A stretch of 63,046 nucleotides of DNA, counting the filler, from Craspedostauros australis (taxonomy: Eukaryota), in the NCBI GenBank assembly GCA_030167865.1. It is 8 parts of 8 records of this genome, joined end to end, with 100 filler letters (N's around TTAATTAATTAA, not from the genome) between each part and the next. Parts side by side here need not be neighbours in the genome. Positions count along the whole stretch, not along the records: positions 28,773 to 51,763 come from JALAGF010000563.1; 7 more parts are not named here. One strand, written 5' to 3'. The translations under genes and the position numbers were made by a program. Shown here piece after piece: positions 33,212-45,400 of the stretch. Below the pieces are notes generated by a model. It was given only the letters and a program-made list of their open reading frames with translations. It was not told the origin of the DNA and ran no database searches. Positions within the stretch are counted from its first letter, which is position 1. Every line of letters begins with the position of its first letter.

Positions 33212-35320
33212 TCACTTCACACAAGTCGTACGGTGATTATCCATCACGTCTCTGACATGCAAATACAAGTGAACCATCGCGATTGTATCCAGTTCGCAAT
33301 ACGACAACAGGCTGCGGATCTTGTTTCTCCGTCGCTGCTGCTGCTGCTGCTGCGGAGGCGGAGGCAGCGGTTTATCGATGTCATTACGTTCCACCGTCTC
33401 GGTGTCGGCGCTCTCTAGGTCGATTTTCTCCGCAACACTACTCTCGCTGTTGCGACGGTCGATGTAAACAATCTTGGTGTTGATTTCGGCCATTTGTTGG
33501 AGCGTGCGAAGATGCTCACCCTGTTCTCTTTCCGTGACCTCTTCTGTTCCTTCTGAACCCCCAACGATTTCGAGCCAGGCCATTTGCGCCTGCATACCGT
33601 CCTGGACATCCAGATTGTCGTACGCCATGCTGTAGTGCGGCACCAACGTTGGCAGAACCTTCTTGATGGACGACCTCCCCAGAAATGCATGATGGCGATA
33701 GTGCTTGGAAAAGATCGGCTCCAGATCCCACAGCCGATCAATCAGATTGTTCAATCGTTCAGAATGATGTGGCAAACGTTCCGCAAGCTGCTGCAACATC
33801 CTGCGTTCAAACGCGGCATGGTACACGATGATGCTCCCATTATTCTTGGCGTCGTCTTCATCAAACTGCTGGAGCAATGCTTGGGCCAACGTTTCGTGAG
33901 GGTCGGTGCTCTTGTCAGTGTGCAAGTATTCACTGTGCACGAGCTTGATTCGTGATGGGTCGTCGACACCATCGTCACCGACACCATCGTCACCTTCTGT
34001 CAATTTGTGTAAGCTGAACTGAAAGGGGACATGATCGTAGGGACCAGTCCCAACGACCCAAGGGATTGCTTGGTTGATGGTCTCGAAATCCAAAAAGTAG
34101 AGAGGATACGCTAATCTATCCATCTCCGTCCGAATGGCGTCGTAGTCGATGTGTACCTGCTTGTTCTGCACCAGCTGTACCTGCTGCTGCTGGTTCTGGC
34201 TGAGCGGAAAATCGGGCGGGACGTCCTCCAGCAAGAAGATTTGCTGCCTGAGCAGCTTGGCCTCCTTGCTCTTGTGGAGTTTACGGATATCATAGATCAG
34301 TGGTGGGGTGGTCAGTGCGGATTCAGAAGAGCCCTTGTTGTTTCCGCATCTGCCATCAGCGGCATCCTTGTTTGGACTCGAACCGGCAATCTCATTTTCG
34401 ACCGCATCTTCGATATCTGCAGATTCCTTGCGGAACATGTCTCCCCAGCAATACTCGGCGTACACGCATGGATCTGGACGCACGCAGTGCCTCTTGAACG
34501 GCGCATCCAACCGTGCATCGTCTTCCGATGTCGATCGAAACACACTCAGCTGTGTCAATATCTCTTCAGGCAGATCTTGCTCATGGAGCATTCCTTCCAC
34601 GGCGTCCGTAATGTCCGTTACATGGAACATGCGTGTGAGCGCTTCCCGGGCGCGCTGCCGCTCCTCGCCGTTTCGTCTGTCGGCATCCCAAATGGCGCTG
34701 GTCGTCTCGGGACATCGGTATTCGCTGTTCAAATGGCATATCGATGCCTTCGTCACATTGACTCCGGCTTGCCGCAGTGTGTGAACCTGCAACGCCACGT
34801 CCGTCACAAAGTCCTTCCGTTTGGCGATATTCTTGCTCGCCTTGACCTCGATCAAGTGCCAAGCATCGTCGGCGGTGCGATCGCGCACGCTGTGATCTCG
34901 AGTGAGAATATCCACCTGCACCAACGTCTGGTTGGCTTCAAAGGTCGCCTCGAACAGTGTCATGTCGTCGTGCGTGCTCGCTGTCGAAGGCGCTGCCGAA
35001 TTCGTCGCTGCCATCAATTCCTTCGTTCTCTCCAACGCATGTTGGAGCTCTTGCTTGTAGTTCGTGAAGGATCGCGTCGTTGCGGTACTATCGGCGTCGC
35101 GCGTGTGCTCCTTCATGACGAGGTGTCCATCTGGAAAGAGGTCTCGTGCCAACCTGCCAACCTCCAAGCCAACCTGCAACTGATGCTGCTGCATGGGAGG
35201 AGGCTTGGCGTTGCGAGCGAGGTCGGGACGGTGGAGTTGCAGCCAGGCTCGCTTGATGCAGGTTCGTCCCATCATAAACCTGGACTTGGTCAACAGATAC
35301 GATGGTGATGGTGCGCTCAT
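33212..35320 (-). CDS. DUF2779-family protein: Cas4/RecB-like PD-(D/E)xK nuclease fused to an RNase H-like/DEDD exonuclease domain (702 aa, intronless)
   Basis: LTKSRFMMGRTCIKRAWL start, FEATF..VDIL..IEVK..DVALQ nuclease motifs and HCVRPDPCVYAEYCW Cys cluster. Second domain has YFLDFET, PFQFSLH, IVYHAAFE, SIKKVLP and YCELDT. Confidence 0.85.
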   Translation of the reverse strand: MSAPSPSYLLTKSRFMMGRTCIKRAWLQLHRPDLARNAKPPPMQQHQLQVGLEVGRLARDLFPDGHLVMKEHTRDADSTATTRSFTNYKQELQHALERTKELMAATNSAAPSTASTHDDMTLFEATFEANQTLVQVDILTRDHSVRDRTADDAWHLIEVKASKNIAKRKDFVTDVALQVHTLRQAGVNVTKASICHLNSEYRCPETTSAIWDADRRNGEERQRAREALTRMFHVTDITDAVEGMLHEQDLPEEILTQLSVFRSTSEDDARLDAPFKRHCVRPDPCVYAEYCWGDMFRKESADIEDAVENEIAGSSPNKDAADGRCGNNKGSSESALTTPPLIYDIRKLHKSKEAKLLRQQIFLLEDVPPDFPLSQNQQQQVQLVQNKQVHIDYDAIRTEMDRLAYPLYFLDFETINQAIPWVVGTGPYDHVPFQFSLHKLTEGDDGVGDDGVDDPSRIKLVHSEYLHTDKSTDPHETLAQALLQQFDEDDAKNNGSIIVYHAAFERRMLQQLAERLPHHSERLNNLIDRLWDLEPIFSKHYRHHAFLGRSSIKKVLPTLVPHYSMAYDNLDVQDGMQAQMAWLEIVGGSEGTEEVTEREQGEHLRTLQQMAEINTKIVYIDRRNSESSVAEKIDLESADTETVERNDIDKPLPPPPQQQQQQRRRNKIRSLLSYCELDTIAMVHLYLHVRDVMDNHRTTCVK

Positions 35321-36245
35321 GATTGCTGTCTGATGAATGGATACGGCACAAGCGGGGGATGACGAAGGATGAAATGCTTGTTACACGACGCTCTCTGCGC
35401 TCGAACGAGGACGTGAACGTGGACGTGAATGTGGCAACTTGTGTGATAAAGTGTGCGATCCTCTCAAGGGTCGACTCGACACGCAGGCAATTGGACTTTG
35501 TGTGGATGGTTGAGGTTTCGACGCGAAGGTGTTCTCGCGTTTGCGTTTTGGCGCACGATTGGAAGATCAACAGCGCAGATGGTATCTTCGACCAACTCGA
35601 ACGAACCACGACATTCAAATTCAAAAAGTCAAACGAAGAAAAGTTCTGCGCAACGCACAGCGCACCAAGCGGAGAGGACACAAGGGAGCAACTCCTCCCG
35701 ACGGTGGAAGATTCGGAATGCAGACAACGGCAATGGCACCCAGTGGTTGGTCCAACGACGAAGATGGAGTTGCCGTGGGCTGCGTCCTGGGCTGCACCAT
35801 TGCACATCTCCGCATTGAGAGAAGCTGAGTCCGTTTCATGCAACTTGAAGGTGGCGACTGCATGATGCATTCCGTTTCCAACACTCCGACTCCTTCCGGT
35901 CTCTTGGAGGTGACGCCATGAGAATGGTGCTGGGACGTTGAAGGGTTTTTGATTTTGGAGTCTCGCAGTGATGAGATTGTGTTGTTGCAAGAATGCATCT
36001 CCGTGGTACTCGTACATATTATATAGTATGATACGCATTGTGCCTCTCCCACCTCGACAGGCTGGGTGTTGGAGACTCTGATCGTCGAGGAAGCAAGAGA
36101 ACCATGGTGCCGACACCCATAGCTCATAATGTGCCATCGGCGTCCAAGGTCATAAAACATCATTCAGAGCGAAGACTACTCTGCTCTATTTCCCTCTCCA
36201 TCTGCATCAACATCTGCATCTCCATCCGCAGCAAAGACCATCCAA

Positions 36246-37709
36246 ATGGGAGCCGCCGAAGCCAAACCGATTGTCCCTGATCGTCCCTTCGAGAAGCACG
36301 GACGCAAGGTCTCATGTTTGTCCCATGCCTTCCTTCCGACGTCGCCATCCCTTCATTCCAAGCAGTCAGAGTATTCCGCGATGTGTTCGCACTACGCATC
36401 ATTATCAGCAGCATCACCAGCGATCCGGATTCCACCGCGGTCATCGATGACCGTCTTGATGCAACTCATCCTGCTGCAAGATTGGCAGCGCGTCCTCATC
36501 CGGTGCATGCTGTTTGGCCGACTGGAAATTGCGCAGCCTTGCCATGTGACGTTGTACGGTGAGACGTGGTGCTTGTATCCGCTGCAATTGGCCTGCGCAT
36601 TGGAACCGCCCCCGGTGGTAATTTCAACATTGCTGCACCATTGCCCCGAGGTTGCGTCGCAGCCTGTGCGATGGGTGGATTCCAAGACGATGAAGAAGAG
36701 ACGTAAGAGGAAGCATGCCGCGCGTCGCACGACACATCGTCATTGGGACTGTTTGGGGCGCAGGCGACGGTGCGCGTACAACAAAGCTGCGATGGATCGT
36801 CGCGATGATGGCGACGAAGATGATCGCCGATGTCTGTTGGCCTGTGGCGACGGCGACAACACGAATGCGCGCAGGGAAACATCTTCCTGCATCGAAAGCA
36901 TCGAAGATGATGCCATCGAATTGCGGCTGATGCAATGGAGCCCACCGCGCGACGAGTGTTCCATGCTATCGTGGGAATTATCGATCGGCGATGGTTATCC
37001 TGCGAATCGTCCCAGCAACAACATTCACAGCAACGGTTGGGTGGATCGATACGAAGATATTCAAGAGGCGCCGCATCACACTGCCGCCGAAGACCACGAC
37101 TGTTCGGATGACGATTCGTTCGTGCTGCTCCAGGAGCACAATTCACTCCTCCAATCGTTGGAAAAGGAAAACACCATCCTCCAATTGGGCAACGACGGTG
37201 AGCTGTATCCCATGATCTTGTCCAAATCCTTAGAGACGGAATCCACCGCTACGTCTGAGGGGTCATCGCCCCACGATCCTGAGTCAGTCACAGCTCCGAT
37301 ACCAATCGATGCAATCCTCCAAGACGCCAAGGAGGGATCGCTTCTGCCCATCCATCTGGCCTGCTTGTACCAGGCCGACTCCGAAGTCCTGCGTTTGCTG
37401 CTGGACTTGCATCCACAAACATCCCCCATTGTGGGTGGGATGCTTCCCATCCATCTACTTTCTGCGAACTGGCGTTTGCCGCCCATCCGCCATGGCTCGC
37501 ACAAAGCATCGATGCTATCGCAAGCATTACATGTCGTTGTGGAAAGCGATCCAGCCATGTTGCATTGCAAGAGCATGAGGCATGGTCGCACAGGCTTGCA
37601 GTACATTGCGCATGGCAATTTGCCAAGAGAAATCAAGCTTGCTTGCGAAGCCGTGTTGCGCGGGGACACAATGGACGATGCTGATGATGGTGGTGGTGAT
37701 ACAAGGTGA
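36246..37709 (+). CDS. Hypothetical protein with degenerate ankyrin-like repeats
   Basis: YPLQLACALEPP, LPIHLACLYQA and GMLPIHLL motifs of the kind common in diatom ankyrin-like proteins. Exact start uncertain. Confidence 0.6.
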   Translation: MGAAEAKPIVPDRPFEKHGRKVSCLSHAFLPTSPSLHSKQSEYSAMCSHYASLSAASPAIRIPPRSSMTVLMQLILLQDWQRVLIRCMLFGRLEIAQPCHVTLYGETWCLYPLQLACALEPPPVVISTLLHHCPEVASQPVRWVDSKTMKKRRKRKHAARRTTHRHWDCLGRRRRCAYNKAAMDRRDDGDEDDRRCLLACGDGDNTNARRETSSCIESIEDDAIELRLMQWSPPRDECSMLSWELSIGDGYPANRPSNNIHSNGWVDRYEDIQEAPHHTAAEDHDCSDDDSFVLLQEHNSLLQSLEKENTILQLGNDGELYPMILSKSLETESTATSEGSSPHDPESVTAPIPIDAILQDAKEGSLLPIHLACLYQADSEVLRLLLDLHPQTSPIVGGMLPIHLLSANWRLPPIRHGSHKASMLSQALHVVVESDPAMLHCKSMRHGRTGLQYIAHGNLPREIKLACEAVLRGDTMDDADDGGGDTR

Positions 37710-38147
37710 GCTGAATTGGACGCCATGCAATGAATTGAAATGGATTGCGTTGGATTGCACAGTTGCTGCTGCTGCTGCTCTGCTAATATTCCTTCTTCTC
37801 ACTCTCATGCCTCTGTTTGTCCACTTGCAGTACGTCAGAAAGTAGTGACGGATTGACGGATATCCCCCGCGAGGTGGTGTTCGACAAAGCACGTCGTCAC
37901 AGCGAGTAGCTGAAATCAGACGACGAAGTCAAGGAGGGAGGCAGCTGCTCGTTCGGCTGTACGAGTTTGTGCAGAGTTTCTCCGCAACACAATCAACTGT
38001 ACGCAACAGTAATAGTGATCATTGTTTGCATGCTGCTGCATCATGGATGCGACACGAGAAGATTCACAAACTGCTGCGGAGTAAAGTAGATATAGTATTA
38101 TATGTGCAGTTAGTCAATAATACCATAACCTATTGTAGCATGTGCGT

Positions 38148-39210
38148 CTATGGCTCCTTGACCGAAATTCCATCCGACCCGGCGATGATGACGGCGGTGG
38201 TCATGTCGCAGAACAATCCATGATCGACGACACCGCACACGCTCTTGATATCGATCGCCATCTGCTTGGCATCCTTGATGGGTGTCTCGAAGTGAAGATC
38301 GACGATGTAGTTGCCGTTGTCGGTGACGGCGATCTCATCTCCGTCGACCTGGTTGTTGGCGCTGCTGCCCATGCGCAGGACGGCCTTGCATCCATCGCAC
38401 GATGGCAATGCGGCCACGGTGCGCATGGTGTGCTCGTGGCAGAAGGGCGTGATCTCGACTGGGACGGGGAAGCCTGGTCCCAATCCCTCCGTCAGCTTGG
38501 ATTCGTCGACTGTCACGTTGATGGGTGGGTGGGTGATGGGTGATGCAATGTGAGGATGGGTGCGAGTGGTTGCGTCGAACGATGCCAAGCGATAGAACAA
38601 ACAGTGCAATCCGACACAACAAAATAAACCACATCATGCAGTGCAATGCAATGACATGGAATACACTAGAACACGACAGATAATACAACATCATACGATA
38701 GATCACATGACATCGGCACGTACCAATGACAATGAACTTATCCGACACGATCTCGACCATCTTTTCTCGCAGCAAAGCGCCGCCGCCGCCCTTGACGAGG
38801 TTGAGGTCCGGATCGACCTCATCGGCACCATCGATGGCGACATCGAGCTTGGAATGCGTATCCAAGGTCGCGAGCGGGATCTTGAGGGACTCGGCCTGCT
38901 CCTTGGTGCGCACCGAGGTTGGAATGGCGATGATGTCCTTGAGCTCGCCCGAATCGAGCAGCTGACCGACGCGTTCGACGGCGAAGTAGGCCGTGGAGCC
39001 GGTTCCGAGGCCGATGACCATGCCAGACTTGACGTAGTCGTCGACGGCCTTGTAGCCGACCTGCTTCTTCAGCTCGTCTTGGGAGACCATGTTGAGGAAT
39101 GTGGCTGCGCGTTGGTTGCTGATGCTGCTGGAGAAGGCGGCGCGAGGAGCGACGGAAGTGAAGGCTTCTGTGGAGACAGCGAACAGAGCGGCGATGGAAA
39201 GGATGCGCAT
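38148..39210 (-). CDS. rpiA: Ribose-5-phosphate isomerase A, plastid-targeted; exons 39210-38724, 38509-38148
   Basis: GLGTGSTA, DGADEVD and KGGGGALLREK, then VDESK, VTDNGN and GVVDHGLF. Bipartite presequence MRILSIAALFAVSTEA-F. In-phase GT-AG intron. Confidence 0.95.
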
Positions 39211-39864
39211 GGTGTGGATTGGGCGTCGCGGGTCGTTGCGTTGCAGTGTGCTGCGGTTGATTGATTGATTCACTGCAGAGTGAGAGTATGGACGACAGCC
39301 GGGAAAGGCAGATTCTGGCGTTCGCAACTTCGCGTCAGATTCTTTTTTGCGCGGTGGTTGTGTGTGAGCGTCATCACGACGCTTGTGCGTGTTGTTTGTG
39401 TGGTCGTGTGTTTAGTCGAACGAGTCATTACTCGCGCTTTCGCGTGCGATCATTTCGTCGTGGATCGGATCCAAACAGTGACGTTTGTCGGAAGATGATG
39501 GAATCCAACAACGAGAACGTTTCACACGCGTGCTGTGGTTGTGAACACACGCGTCGGTCATGATTCGTTGTGGTTTGCGAGTGTTGCCATTGCCGTCGCT
39601 GTTGAGGTCGGCTGCCGTTCGTCATGGTCGACCTCTTTGGCAGTTCCAGTTGGTGGTGGTGGTTTGCGTTGCAACCTTTCACACGAGCACAGATGAAGTA
39701 AGAATTGAGGCATCGGAGACACGGCTCATGTATCTGTCAACGACGCACAGATCACCTGCATTCCTCGGATCCACCAAGTTGCAGCGCCGCGAATGATCCA
39801 ATCAACGCACAAGCAGGCGCACGAATGATCCGCATCGTCCATCGATCGATGTCGAATTTCGATG

Positions 39865-39890
39865 CTCTCTCTCTCTCTCTCTCTCTCTCT
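39865..39890. repeat. (CT)n microsatellite
   Basis: Run of CT dinucleotides in intergenic DNA. Confidence 0.9.
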
Positions 39891-40824
39891 TGAGTAGAGT
39901 ATTATACAAAGAAGACCAGTGTGCTGCACAAGATGGATGAGGCCGGCGAAGAACTGAGCGATGTGGACACTTGATGGAATTGTCCGGAGGAATTCTCTGC
40001 ATTCGATTGCGCAAGTTCTCGCGGTGACACAGATGGACAATCGTCACGCGTCGCTGATGTACGAGCCAGTTTGAACTTCATCTACAACCCGAATCTGCAC
40101 GACGTTCCAGAAACGCGGGGAGGTCTGTTGTCTCTCTATTGCGGCGACACCTTCGGCAGCCTGATCAACTGATGAAAGTTCAACACGGTTCATTGTTGTG
40201 GGCTTTCTCCATCGCTGCTGCCTCCTCTAGTATTGGTCCTGCCCATTTTGCAGTATCGTTGATGGTAGAATGCCGACAGCAAGTGATTGACGATGGCGAA
40301 AGGGCGCAATCAATGTTGGGACTCTTGTCTTGAGAAAAAGTGAGGAAGGGACCTGTCTCTCTCTCTCTCTAAACTGCACGTCGAGTAGTATGCCGCGATA
40401 GCTCCATGACTGTGGTACTTCCGTATCTTTTGAGATGGCACACGATTGAATGCAAGCAAAGTTCCAGGTGGAACTTTGGGACGCACGACACAGAATGTGC
40501 AATCAATGGCACTTTCTCAAAGCGAGAGCGTGTGCGAACATCGAAGAGAGACAAGCCATCGTCTTCACCAGCATCGTTCATAACAGTCGCAACATCCAGA
40601 GTCACATAACGAGCAACCAACAAGTTAAAGTGAGAAAGGTGTGATCAATCCATCCATCCATCCATCCATCAATCAATCAATCACTGAAGGAGTAGAAGTA
40701 GAGCAAACAACCAAGCATGTGGCAACGACCGATGTCGCGAGTGCGACTGCCAATGCGGCTATGCTTGCAAACGCAAACGCAAATCAAACCATCGCGACAA
40801 CGCGTCTCATGTCTCAAACTGAAG

Positions 40825-42174
40825 ATGATGGACGTGATGTGGACGGCCCTGCTCCTCTTCTTGTGCTGCTGCACGATCCCCGTCCAAGCCAAACGCAAGC
40901 AAGACTTCCAATCCGACAACTACTACGAAGTCCTCGGCCTTTCCAAATCGGCATCGTCAAAGCAAATCAAATCGGCCTATCGCAAATTGGCGCTGCAGTA
41001 CCATCCCGACAAAGTCTCCGAAGAAGACAAGGAAAAGGCGGAGGGCATCTTCATCCGGATCTCCGAAGCCTACGCGGTCCTCAGCGACGATGAGAAGCGC
41101 AAGATCTACGATCAGTACGGCAAGAACGGACTCGCAGCGCATGAGGCGGGGCATGATCCGCGAACGGCAGGTTTTGGCGGTGGCGGCGGTGGTGGTTACA
41201 ATCCCTTTGGTAACGGCGGTGGTGGACAGCAGTTTCACTTCCAATCTGGTGGCAGACGTCGTGGTGGTGGCAGTGCTGGTTTTGATCCCTTCAAGATGTT
41301 CGAAGACATGATGGGTTCAGGTGGTGGTGGATTTGGTGGAGGAGGTAGCTTTCAATTCCAGCAAGGCTTCGGCAGTGGTGGTGGTGGCTTTCACCAGCAG
41401 CAGCAACAACAACAACAACGTCAGAGGCAGAGACAGCCGGATCTCTTCCCCAAGAATGAATCCAAGGTGGCACGACTTGGCAAACCCAAGTTCCCCAATG
41501 CCAAATCCAAGCATCTCTGGCTGATCCTCTTTTACACCAACCAATCGCAAGAAAGTCGTCAGATGGCACCCAATCTCGAGAAATTGGCCGAACAAAAGAC
41601 CCTGGCCTACAAACTCGGCGCCGTCGATTGTGGCAAATCAGAACGTGAAGCTGCCTTTTGTCAGACGCAATTGCAAGGCAAATCGTCTCCGCAAGTCGCC
41701 ATGGTGGTGGACGGCGAGTTGCACTTCTACGACGGCAAATCGACAACGCCCAAAGCCTTGCATGCCTTCGCCAAGCAGCACATGCCAAAGCATCTCATTC
41801 AGAACATCAACCATGTGCCGCAGCTGCGGGACCGATTGTTGTCATCGACCAGCAACAAGCACGCCGCCGTTCTCTTGCTATCCGAGAAGTACGAAACGTC
41901 TGATCTGTATTGCAATCTGTCCTACCACTTCCGTGCCACCTTCACCTTTGGCGAATCGAGAGCCAAGAATCTGGCGATGGCGCAGCATATCAAGGGCGTC
42001 AAACGGTATCCCGTTCTCGTGGCCTTCGTGCCGACGGGATATGGCAAGGAACGGTATTCGGACACACACGATCTGTATCGGTACACGGGCGCGATGCAAG
42101 CGGATGAGATCATAGAATGGCTCGACAACATCGCGAAGGTCCTAAAGTACTACAAGAAGAAGGACGAGTTGTGA
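40825..42174 (+). CDS. ER-luminal DnaJ protein with thioredoxin-like domains (ERdj3A/DNAJC16-like)
   Basis: Signal peptide, J-domain with HPD ([19 protein letters not shown]), G/F-rich linker, thioredoxin-like folds lacking CxxC, and C-terminal KDEL. Confidence 0.9.
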   Translation: MMDVMWTALLLFLCCCTIPVQAKRKQDFQSDNYYEVLGLSKSASSKQIKSAYRKLALQYHPDKVSEEDKEKAEGIFIRISEAYAVLSDDEKRKIYDQYGKNGLAAHEAGHDPRTAGFGGGGGGGYNPFGNGGGGQQFHFQSGGRRRGGGSAGFDPFKMFEDMMGSGGGGFGGGGSFQFQQGFGSGGGGFHQQQQQQQQRQRQRQPDLFPKNESKVARLGKPKFPNAKSKHLWLILFYTNQSQESRQMAPNLEKLAEQKTLAYKLGAVDCGKSEREAAFCQTQLQGKSSPQVAMVVDGELHFYDGKSTTPKALHAFAKQHMPKHLIQNINHVPQLRDRLLSSTSNKHAAVLLLSEKYETSDLYCNLSYHFRATFTFGESRAKNLAMAQHIKGVKRYPVLVAFVPTGYGKERYSDTHDLYRYTGAMQADEIIEWLDNIAKVLKYYKKKDEL

Positions 42175-42489
42175 GACCTGTGGGGCAGGCAAGCATCAAT
42201 GTCATCGCGCGTGTGTGTTAGAGCATAACTTAGAGCAAAGAATGCAAATACTGTCCTGAGTCAGATCCGAAAACGGAAACGGTCCCCTGAGATACTATCC
42301 CAACAAGCGCAGCAACAGTTACGTGTACACATGTGCCGAGAACAATCCAATAACAAGTTCAGTTGAAGTATATTAGAGCATAGCAGGAAGTATGCGTGGT
42401 GCAGTACAATGATAGAACATTGTGCCTATTTGCATTACTCTACGTCTCTGAGCAATCGTACGAGTGGGAACCTGCATCGTCTTCCTTGC

Positions 42490-45400
42490 CTACTCCTTCC
42501 AAGACTTGGCAATCGCCAAGACCAGTCCGTTTTCGGAACTGCCTTCCGTGATTTCGCCGTACCGGACGCTCAGTTGGCACGGGTTGCCATCGTCCAGGTT
42601 CCGCATCACGTATTCCCGCATCACAGGATCGTCGGGCATGGCCTTCAGCACCAGCTTGCGTTGCTGCTCTTCCTGAAGTACGATCGATGTGCCGTCGGCA
42701 GAAGTTAACAGTGCCTGCACCAGCTTGTACTCGCGAGGGAATTTATGCAGCAGGGACACGGCTCGCGCCACCATGGTCTCGGCCTCGGCCAGAGTGTCAC
42801 AGGCCTCGTCGCACGCCAAGATGGCTTCGTCCGATGCGTACCGTTGGGAGGAGGACATCATCTCATTCGAGGCCTCTAGCCAAAGGCCGGTGGATCCGCC
42901 CGCCGCGTCCCGCGACAACACCGTCAGTGCACGATCGATGCGTTTGCGCAATTTGGACAAGCAGACCTTGACGCAGTCCACCTCCAGGGCGTCCTGTGCT
43001 GACGAGACGACGGCGAAGTACGCAGAGGAGAGATTCACGCACACGATCTGGTTCAGCAAGTTGGTAGGATGCATCTGTTCCATGTAATCCAACGCCATCT
43101 CAACCGTGCTCGTGACATCGAACAGCGGCTTCTGCTCCACGGCCGGAAGAGGCTCCGCTTGTGCCCAGCTGTCCATCCAGAAATCCCGAGTGGCATTCAG
43201 AATCCTCCGAGCCTCGTTGGCACGATGCATCTTCTTGGCGGTGCTTTGCCGACGGGCGACGGCGACCGACAGACCAGGCAGCACCGCCGTGTCGCTGTAA
43301 TCATCCAACGGGTTGCCAGGATTGCCGTACCAGTCGATGAAGTCTTGGAATTTGGCCTTGGGGTTGGCAGCCTTGAAGGCTCGCATATCGCTGACCAGCT
43401 TGGGCCTTTGCAGTCGTTGCGCCAGCTCCAACCGGCATTGCAGCACGTTCTTACCCTTTTCCAATTTGCGCGCCAGCATGAGCTTGCGCTCCAACACGAC
43501 GTCATCCGTCAGCGGGAACGGCCGCTGCAGATATGGTGCGTACAGCTGTTCGTCTGCCGATCCCAGGTTGGCACCGTACACAGGACAGCGCGCTCCTGGC
43601 CGTTTCTGCATGTCCTCCATGTTCACGACGGCATCCAAGCTGACGAATTCATTGCGCATCGAGAAGATGCTGCCGGCTTCGGCGGCATCGTAGTACATCT
43701 GACTCAACGTCGCGCTCGTTGCCATGGAGTGATTGGAATCGTCATCGCCGTCGTTCTCGCCATCGTTGTCATGCATGATGGTTCCTTCCCACGCCGATGC
43801 ATCGTTGGGCAGGTTCTCCACGACGAACTTATTTTCCGGTGCGGTGGTGGCTTTTGGCCTGGGAGGCGGTGATTCGAGATTGGTGGTGAAGGACGTGGCA
43901 GATATTTGAAGCTCGTCCAAGTTGGTCGGCGGTGGCGCCGCGAAATCGAAATCACCCGATATGGTCGGCGGCTCGACAAAGTCAAGTCCCACATCCAGAT
44001 TGGCGGCATGCCCTGGCTCGTCCATGACCCAGAATTCCAGGTCCGTGTTGATGGTGGGCGGACCATAATCATTTTGATCATCCGGTTTGACACCATTATC
44101 AGGCTTTTCATCCTGCTTCTTTCGTTGTTGCTGCTGCTGCTGTTGTTGTTGCTGCTTCGCCTTCGGCCATTTGGATGCCGGTTTGGATGCGGCTGCCTGT
44201 TGCTGGTCCGCATTCTGCAACGCACGAGGAGAATCCAGATCATCGGATGCTGTCATGATGATATCCGTCGCATCCGCGATGGGTCCAGATCCTATCGCCA
44301 AGCTCTTCATGCGCACGACCGTACCTGCTCTCTCGCCTTGCTGCTCTTTCTGCGCTTCTTTCTGCTTCTTCCGCTCCTCCTCTTCTCGCTTACGTTGCTC
44401 TTCCACGCGCTGCGCTTCCGCTTCTTGCGCAATGCGCTGCTCCTCTTCTTGCCGTTGCTTCTCGACATGCTGCGCCATGTCCTTGCGTTGCAATTCTTCG
44501 TGACGTTGCTTCTCCAGCTGCGCATCGCGCATAGCCACTTCGCCCGTTCCCAAAAACCGTTCCATGGCTTCATGTTCCGCAATCTCGCTGGCCACGATGC
44601 ATTCGACGCCCAAATTGAGCACCTGCAATTTCTGTCCGATGAGACAATGGAAATCATCTGGATCCGGTTCGACGCAATGCAGGAAGGCGGAGAAGTTGGC
44701 CTTGTGTCCGATGGTGGAATAACATCGGCGTTCGTACAATGTGAGGGGATGCGGATCGAGACCAGAATTGTAACGCATGTTGGGAATGGATTCTCGCATC
44801 TCCCACCGGCGTCGCAATTCGTTGACGAAGACGTCCCAGACCATGGCGATGGAGGAGATGGATCGCAGACGCGCCATGTGCGCAAAGAGGATGGACAGCA
44901 AGCGTCCCCACGGTGCCGATTTGCGGAAGGCGGCGTGGAAGGCGACGTCGTCATTGTCGAGGAATGATTCTTCGGGCGCGTTCGGGAATTGGGCTGGCGA
45001 GAATTCGCTCATGATATCGTGCACGATGGATTCGGCCTCGTGCATCTCGATCATCTCGTCGATGGCATTGGACCAATCCATGGCGCGGACGATCTGCTTA
45101 GTGGATTGGTTGACGTGCATGCGGTCGGCCAGACGCATGGCGACGACCGTGCCGGCATTGTTGTCCCACCGATCCACGAGGTCCTCGTCGATGAGATGCT
45201 GAATGAGCGTCTCGCCGGGCAACGTGGCGGACCGGATCAACGCCGCGACGGTGCAACGTTGGCTGGCCGTGAGGGGCGTCATGCTGATGTTGCGATCGAA
45301 GAAGGATTGCACGCAGAAGGCGGTGGCCGACAGCGGATTGAGGATGGTCTTCTCCACGGAATCTTCCATCTCGGCGCGATCGAATTCATTCTGCGATCGG

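Noticed and set aside
34151..35308. 385-aa antisense ORF over the DUF2779 gene, and similar antisense ORFs over COPB2, Rab3GAP1 and the methyltransferase
   Set aside because: Shadow ORFs caused by codon bias of the sense gene.
35088..36163. 349-aa and 180-aa ORFs upstream of the DUF2779 gene
   Set aside because: Intergenic composition, overlap in a different frame, no motifs.
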